NCBI RefSeq assembly: GCF_035084215.1
Contig: NC_090359.1
Coordinates: forward strand, 15,562,001 to 15,626,000
Origin: Heptranchias perlo
Taxonomy: Eukaryota
DNA length: 64,000 bases
Direction of reading: 5' to 3'
The notes under the pieces were generated by a model, which saw only the letters and a program-made list of their open reading frames with translations, was not told the DNA's origin and did not search any database. Positions within the stretch are counted from its first letter, which is position 1. Every line of letters starts with the position of its first letter. This document shows positions 57,601 through 64,000 of this stretch, piece after piece. The translations under genes were made by a program, and so were the position numbers.

Positions 57601-60600
57601 AACTCGGTGACCCGGGCCCGTCATGGCGGCCGAATCTCCCACAATGCAGAGCGGCAGAGAAAAGGCCCCATCTGTGAGACAGGCCGCGCTGCACTCTGGG
57701 AGAATGTTCGCACATGCGCACATCACCCGCCGGATCAGCGGCCGCTTCCTGTTGTGTCGCGAGACAAACTTTCCGTTTTTTCGGTTGAGAACGAGCGGTT
57801 TTTATTGTGACGGAAACTGACGTCACTTTTCCTTTGAATCGCGCGGTTTGATTTAAATAAACGGCGCACATGCGCAGTGTGGCGCGTCCCTCTTAAAGGG
57901 CCCTGGACCGGCCGAGAGTCCCCGAGCCCGGGGACAGGACCGAGAGACGGGCAATGGGATCAGAGCGGAGGGCGGCAGCACAAGTTGGTGAAACCGTTAA
58001 AACAGCATCCGGTTCCTTGGCTTAATAATCGAGAAATAGAGTACAAAAGCAAGGAAGTTACGTGAAACGTTTATAAATCATTGTTCAGGCCTCATCTGAA
58101 GTATTGTGTCCAATTCTGGGCACTATAATTTATTAAGGATGTCAAGGTCTTGGAGAGGATGGAGAGGAGATTTCACAGAATTATACCAGGGATGGGGTTT
58201 AGTTGTGTGGAGAGACTCGAGAACCTGGGATTGTTCTGCTTCGAGCAATGAAGGTTAAGGGTAGAAATAATCCACGTGTTCAAAATTAAGAGGGGTTTTG
58301 ATCGAGTAAATAAGGAGAATCTTCACCCACTGGCGGGAGGGTCGGCAACCAACGGACGCAGATTTAAGATGATTGGCAAAAGAACTAGAAGGGAGATAAG
58401 GAGATTTTTTACACAGCGAATTGTTATGATCTGGAACGCACTGCCTTAAAGGATGGTGGAGCTCGATTCAATCGTAACTTTAAAAGGAGAATTGGATAAA
58501 TACTTGAAAAGATAAAAATTACAAAGTTTATGGGTATAGAGCACGGGAATGGGAGTAATCGGTTACATCCTTCAAAGAGCTGGCCACTGCACGATGGGTC
58601 GAATGGCCTCCTGTGCTGTGAGATTCAAGGATTGTATATTTTCCATATATTTGTTTCTGTAAGAAGGACAATGACAGGCTGTCTGAGCAAAGCAGATGTT
58701 CAAAAGGTCCAAACACACGAGGCATCAAAGAATCAGGTGTAGATTTCAGCCCAAAGATGTTTTTTCTGCTCCAGTCATCAGCACAACACAGACCCCTGAA
58801 ACACAACCAGTCACTCCTTCCAATATCACAGAGCCAGAAACAGACCAGCTCTCAGTTTGCTTTCGAGTGAGTGCTGAACTCATCACATGGTGTCTGCACT
58901 AAACTGGCAATTAGAATCTCCTAATCACTTGGCTGTTTGTTAATACGGTAAAAAATCAGATTTTAACTGACCTGCCCTTTTCAATCCATTTATTGATCAT
59001 TCACAGAGGCCCAAAAGAGACCTCTTATAGTGTCTGAATCAGCTGTACTAAAGATGATCCATTAGTTCTTCGCGATGAACGTGATGAAAACATATGTCGC
59101 TCGTTGATTTTGGTGTCAGAGGGTTAGATATTTATCTCACGGTGGGAGAGCGATGAATAAGATGAAATAAAGCGAGTGTCTGTGATAATGTTTGAATGAC
59201 CGACACCAATCCGTAATTTGTACAATGCTGAATGTTTCAATTCACAATGTGGATTTCCAATGGATTCTCTGCAATGTTAACACAAATCCGTTTGTTCCAC
59301 AGGAGATGGTCGTGGTTCTGGTCACAGGAAATGTACAAATTCAGAAAATTTATTGTCTTGAATTTCTATATACTTCAGTTCCCAGAACGAATAATTACAG
59401 ACTCTCTGGGGCACATTTTCCGCTTGGTGATCTGGTGTAAAACTGGCCTTGCAGATTGACCGCTCGTTATTAAAACCACCTGGGGCAGGAATTCTTCCTG
59501 GACGGTAACGCCTGACGGCCGGTATCGCTCGATGAAGCTTCCTCCTGATATTCAGTCAAGTCCCACTGAAGTCAAGGGAACTGAATATCAGGTGGGATGT
59601 GTGATGGGCGGCCTATCCGCTATCACCCACTTTGTGATACAGCCCAAGACCATTCTGATTCCCATTGAAATGAATGGCAGGGAAATTCCCGCGGTTTGTA
59701 TAAACGGCGGGCGATCCGCCCACCAAATGACCTCCAGGCGGTGAAGACATATGTCGACATCTCCTCGTCACCGGGGCAGATTCGGTACTGGCGCTCTGGC
59801 ATGAAACTGCCGTTGGCTCTGTGGGACTGGAGAGACCCAGACCGACTGGAAGTGTACGGGGATATGCTTCTGGCAGACAGCATGGCAGAGTCCACGAGGA
59901 AAGGCATCATCACCCTCATCTCCAAGTGAAGCTTTCTTACATCGCCTCTCAGGCAAGTTTATCCTTGCTTAGATAAGGAGACCAAAACTGTACACAGCAC
60001 TCCAGGTGTGGTCTCACCAAAGCCCCGTACAATTGCAACAAGACTTCCTTACTCTTGTATTCCAGCTCCCTTGCAACATGTTAACTTTCTCTGTTTCTTG
60101 CACCAAGACACCCAAGTCTCTCTGAACATGAATATTCAAGAGTTGCTCACCATTTTAAAACATTTTGTTTTTCTATTCTTCCTATCAAAGTGAATAACCT
60201 CACATTTCCCCACATTATACTCCACCTGCCACCTTGTCCACTCACGTAACCTGTCTGCATCCCTTTGCAGACATTTTGTGTCCTCCTCACAGCTCACTTT
60301 CCCACGTAGCTAGCGTCAGAGATCTTTTTACACTCATATACATTGTAAATAGCTGAGGCCCAGTAAAGGCCGGTATCGCTCGCTGATAAGTCAAGGGTAA
60401 AATCCCGACGAGGACATTGGTCCCAGCCTTGTTGAGGTGCAACCCGTCCATCTTGTACAGGTCTTTAGTATTAATCAAAGTGCACAATGACGCCCCCGGT
60501 AAAGCGAGTATCTCCCCACAGATACTACCTGACCACAGGCGCTCTTTACATTTATCCTCTACTCAATTCAATCACAGGTTTGAACAGAACTATTAAGATC

Positions 60601-61435
60601 AAGGCGGAACACTTCCGATCTTACTGCACCGCCCCAACTTGCCAAATGTGAACCTTTCAACCGCCATTCGCAGCTCTGTAGCGCTGCCCGTCGCTCACGC
60701 AACTCAACTGCTGAGAGAAAAGAGCCAACAAGCATCAAAACAAAAACCAGTTCTTCAGTTACCATCCCCTGGATCACAAGATTCCCCAAGTAAATTTCGT
60801 GAACATTCGGGCGGCTGTCTTTCCAGAGACCAGCCCTGCTTTCGTCGTGTTTGTCTGTCGAGCGGTCACGCAGATCGAAATGTATCGACTGGTTTCAAGG
60901 CACAAATGAACATTGGTGTGAATGGTACATGTGCCCAATAGAAACAGCGGTCGGAGCAGAACAAACTTAAAGGCGTGCGATCGCGAAAGTGAATGTTAGA
61001 GTCGGCAATGGATCAGGAAAGTGTCCATGAAATAGAAGGAGGGAAGTAAAGGCGGCCCATTGACTGTGGAAGGAAGAAAAAGCTGGGAGAAGAGGCGGGT
61101 TTGAACTGTGGAACATCAAGGACAGGCATGTGAGAGTGCTGGGATTTGACGGAATTAAAAGGTTTCACCAAAATAATATTATTTCTTGTGCTAAAGATTG
61201 GTTTCTTGCTGCATTCTCTCAGCATATGTGGCAAAGGAGAAAATCGGTAAATGACACTCTGTGGAGACTCGGATTCGCACGGAGGTGACTGCGACCACAA
61301 CGCAGAGTATTAACCACAAAACGATCACGACGAGCGACATCAGGTGTGGCAGTTGTGCCTGAACAACAGCAATGGCGCTGTTTCGAAAAGAAGGATTCTG
61401 AGCGATGAGGCCGAAACAACCAGCACCTCAAATTG

Positions 61436-61516
61436 TAGCAGCGGTGGGATTTAAACCCACGCCCCGACAGAGACTGGACCTAAATCCAGCGCCTTCGACC
61501 GCTCAGCCACACTACC
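61436..61516 (-). pseudogene. tRNA-Leu(TAG) pseudogene
   Basis: Mirror of 18839-18920. Confidence 0.8.
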
Positions 61517-61646
61517 ATGTCACCTCTGCTACTTTCAGAATCTGGGAACTGGTGATTGAAAAGCGGCTTTCTTACTCTGACCTTTCAGTCCAAGACTTTT
61601 GCCTTGAAAGAATAAAATAAAAGGGATTTCTTTGCACTGTTCATGC

Positions 61647-61728
61647 GACAAGGTGGCCGAGTGGTTACGGGCACGGACTGCTAATCTATTGAGCTATGCC
61701 AGCATTGTTTTGTATCCCACCCGCGCCA
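61647..61728 (+). pseudogene. tRNA-Ser(GCT) pseudogene
   Basis: Mirror of 18632-18713. Confidence 0.75.
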
Positions 61729-63826
61729 TTATTGTATTATTTTAATCGTTCATGGGATGTGGGCGTCGTTGGCAAGGCCACCATTTATTGCCCATCCCTA
61801 ATTGCCCTTGAGAAGGTGGTGGTGAGCCGCCTTCTTGAACCGTTGCAGTCCGTGTGGTGAAGGTTCTCCCAATGTGCTGTTAGGTAGGGAGTTCCAGGAT
61901 TTTGACTGAGCAACGCTGAAGGAAGGGTGATTTTTTTCCAAGTCGGGATGGTGTGTGAATTGGAGGGGAACGTGCAGATGGTGTTGTTCCCATGTGCCTG
62001 CTGCCCTTGTCCTTCTAGCTGTTAGAGGTTGCGGGTTTGGGAGGTGCTGTCGAAGAAGCCTTGGCGAGTTGCTGCAGTGCATCCTGTGGATGGTACACAC
62101 TGCAGCCACAGTGCGCCGGTGGTGAAGGGAGTGAATGTTTCGGGTGGTGGATGGGATGCCAATCAAGTGGGCTGCTTTGTCCTGGATGGTGTCGAGCTTC
62201 TTGAATGTTGTTGGAGCTGCACTCATCCAGGCAAGTGGAGAGTATTCCATCACACTCCTTACTTGTGCCTCGCAGATGGTGGAAAGGCTTTGGGGAGTCC
62301 AGAGGTGGGTCACTCACCACAGAATACCCAGCTTCTGGCCTACTCTTGTAGCCACAGTATTTATATGGCTCGTCCAGTTAAGTTTCTGGTCAATGGTGAC
62401 CCCCAGGATGTTGATGGTGGGGGATTCGGCGATGGTAATGCCATTGGATGTCAAAGGGAGGTGGTTAGACTCTCTCGTGTTGGAGATTGTCATTGCCTGG
62501 CAATTGTCTGGCGTGAATGTTACTTGCCACTTATCAGCCCAAGCCTGGATGTTGTCCAGGTCTTGCTGCATGTGGGCACTGACTGCATCTTATCTGTGGG
62601 GTTGCGAATGGAACTGAACACTGCACAATCGTCAGCAAAGATCCCCATTTCTGACCTTATGATGGAAGGAAGGTCATTGATGAAGCAGCTGAAGATGGTT
62701 GGGCCAAAGACACTGCCCTGAGGAACTCCAGCAGCAATGTCCTGGGGCTGAGATGATTGGCCTCCAACAACCACTCCATCTTCTTTTGTGCTCGGTATGC
62801 CGATCCAGTGGAGAGCTTTCCACCGGAGCGGCAGCTGAACGGATGGTCTCAATCTTTGTGACAGAATAGTCCAGGAGCTCCTCGCAATTTTTTTGGTGAG
62901 GGTGGAAGAGGCAGGGGGTGCAAGAAGACGGTTTGTGGTCGAGAAGAGATACAGGGGATATCTTTGGATTCCAGGATGATCCTGGAATAGTGAGCAGTTT
63001 TCTGTCTCACTCTGTGCAGAGAGAAAGAGACAGAGACAGACGCAGGAAAACATAGAAACGATGAGGCAAATACACAGACAAACAGACACAGACACACAGA
63101 AACAGACACACATACACATGGAGTGACTCAGAAATACAGAGATACAGAACATGAATAATTTGGCTGATTTTTGTTCGATTTCTGTCGTAGATTTCGTGAA
63201 ATCTTGCAGATCAATTAAAATGAGCATAAAACTCGCGGTGTTCAACATCGTGGAATTTCAATTCACTTAAGAATTATTAATTCGACAAGGAACTTGTTGA
63301 ATTTTGAAACGCAGAGATGAAACGGGTTGATGAATGACGGGATCTGATGTCTGTCCGATTTGAACCTGCGCGGGGGAAATGAATGAATTTCGAATCTGTC
63401 ACCTTAATCACCAGTTAGTAAAAATCACAATTGCTCTGCATCCAGTCCTCAAATAGTCTCCGTACAATAATATTCTGAAAGTGACAATCACCTGTTTTTT
63501 TGCTCTGTATTTTATTTTTAGGAAGAAGCTCGGCGAAGACATAAAATTAAAAGTTGGCGTCTTCTCAATGCTTCCTCCCCGTCGGGGAATTAAACCCCGG
63601 ACGAAGGCGGGGCAACTCACCACGATAAGAGAGAAAGAAAGAACGAAAGAAAGACAGAGTCAGTTGTTCGTTGTCTAACAAAGAGATGGAAATGTAAAAG
63701 GTTCTTTCAAGAGTGGCCGGTAGAAAATGAAACAAACTATCATCAAATAAATAGTTAAAAGAAATGCACTGATACATGAAGCATGTCTAACACCATCTGG
63801 GATGAGTGCACAGTCAATGTAGCAGT

Positions 63827-63898
63827 TCCTCGTTAGCATAGTGGTGAGTGTCCCCGCCGGTTACGCGAGAGACCGGCGTTCAATGCCCCGACGGGGAG
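63827..63898 (+). tRNA. tRNA with Asp body and GTT anticodon, degenerate
   Basis: Mirror of 16462-16533. Confidence 0.75.
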
Positions 63899-64000
63899 AT
63901 TAAACTTTCGCCGCCTTGGAAAGCTTTTTCTCTCATTTATCTCCAATATTGGATGCGGAATTTTCAGTGTAAAACTGACTCGGAGTTTCCCACTTTCCCC

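Larger units (their letters stand above)
48715..64000 (-). repeat. right arm of large inverted duplication (runs off the window)
   Basis: Reverse complement of 16360-31517, with a deletion of about 250 bp near 60535. Confidence 0.95.

Overview
This is eukaryotic vertebrate DNA, most likely a cartilaginous fish (inferred from shark-type Deu-domain SINEs and CR1/L2 LINEs). Positions 1-21 kb are a tandemly duplicated cluster of decaying tRNA genes (Asp, Ser, Leu, Phe, Glu, Val) interleaved with LINE fragments. A large inverted duplication pairs ~16360-31517 with ~48715-64000+. Each arm carries a 9-exon ZP3-like egg-coat gene, disabled by different lesions. The spacer holds three 4-exon ferritin H-type loci (two intact, one pseudogene) that lack a usable IRE. 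The most striking pattern is one young, GC-rich Tx1-clade non-LTR retrotransposon family found only in the promoter or upstream regions of these five genes. Its 3' stem-loop carries TATAAAA, and at three loci this box sits at core-promoter distance from the start codon. The candidate system is a promoter-targeting LINE that brings its own TATA box. All calls were made by eye, repeat boundaries are approximate, and family names are unverified.
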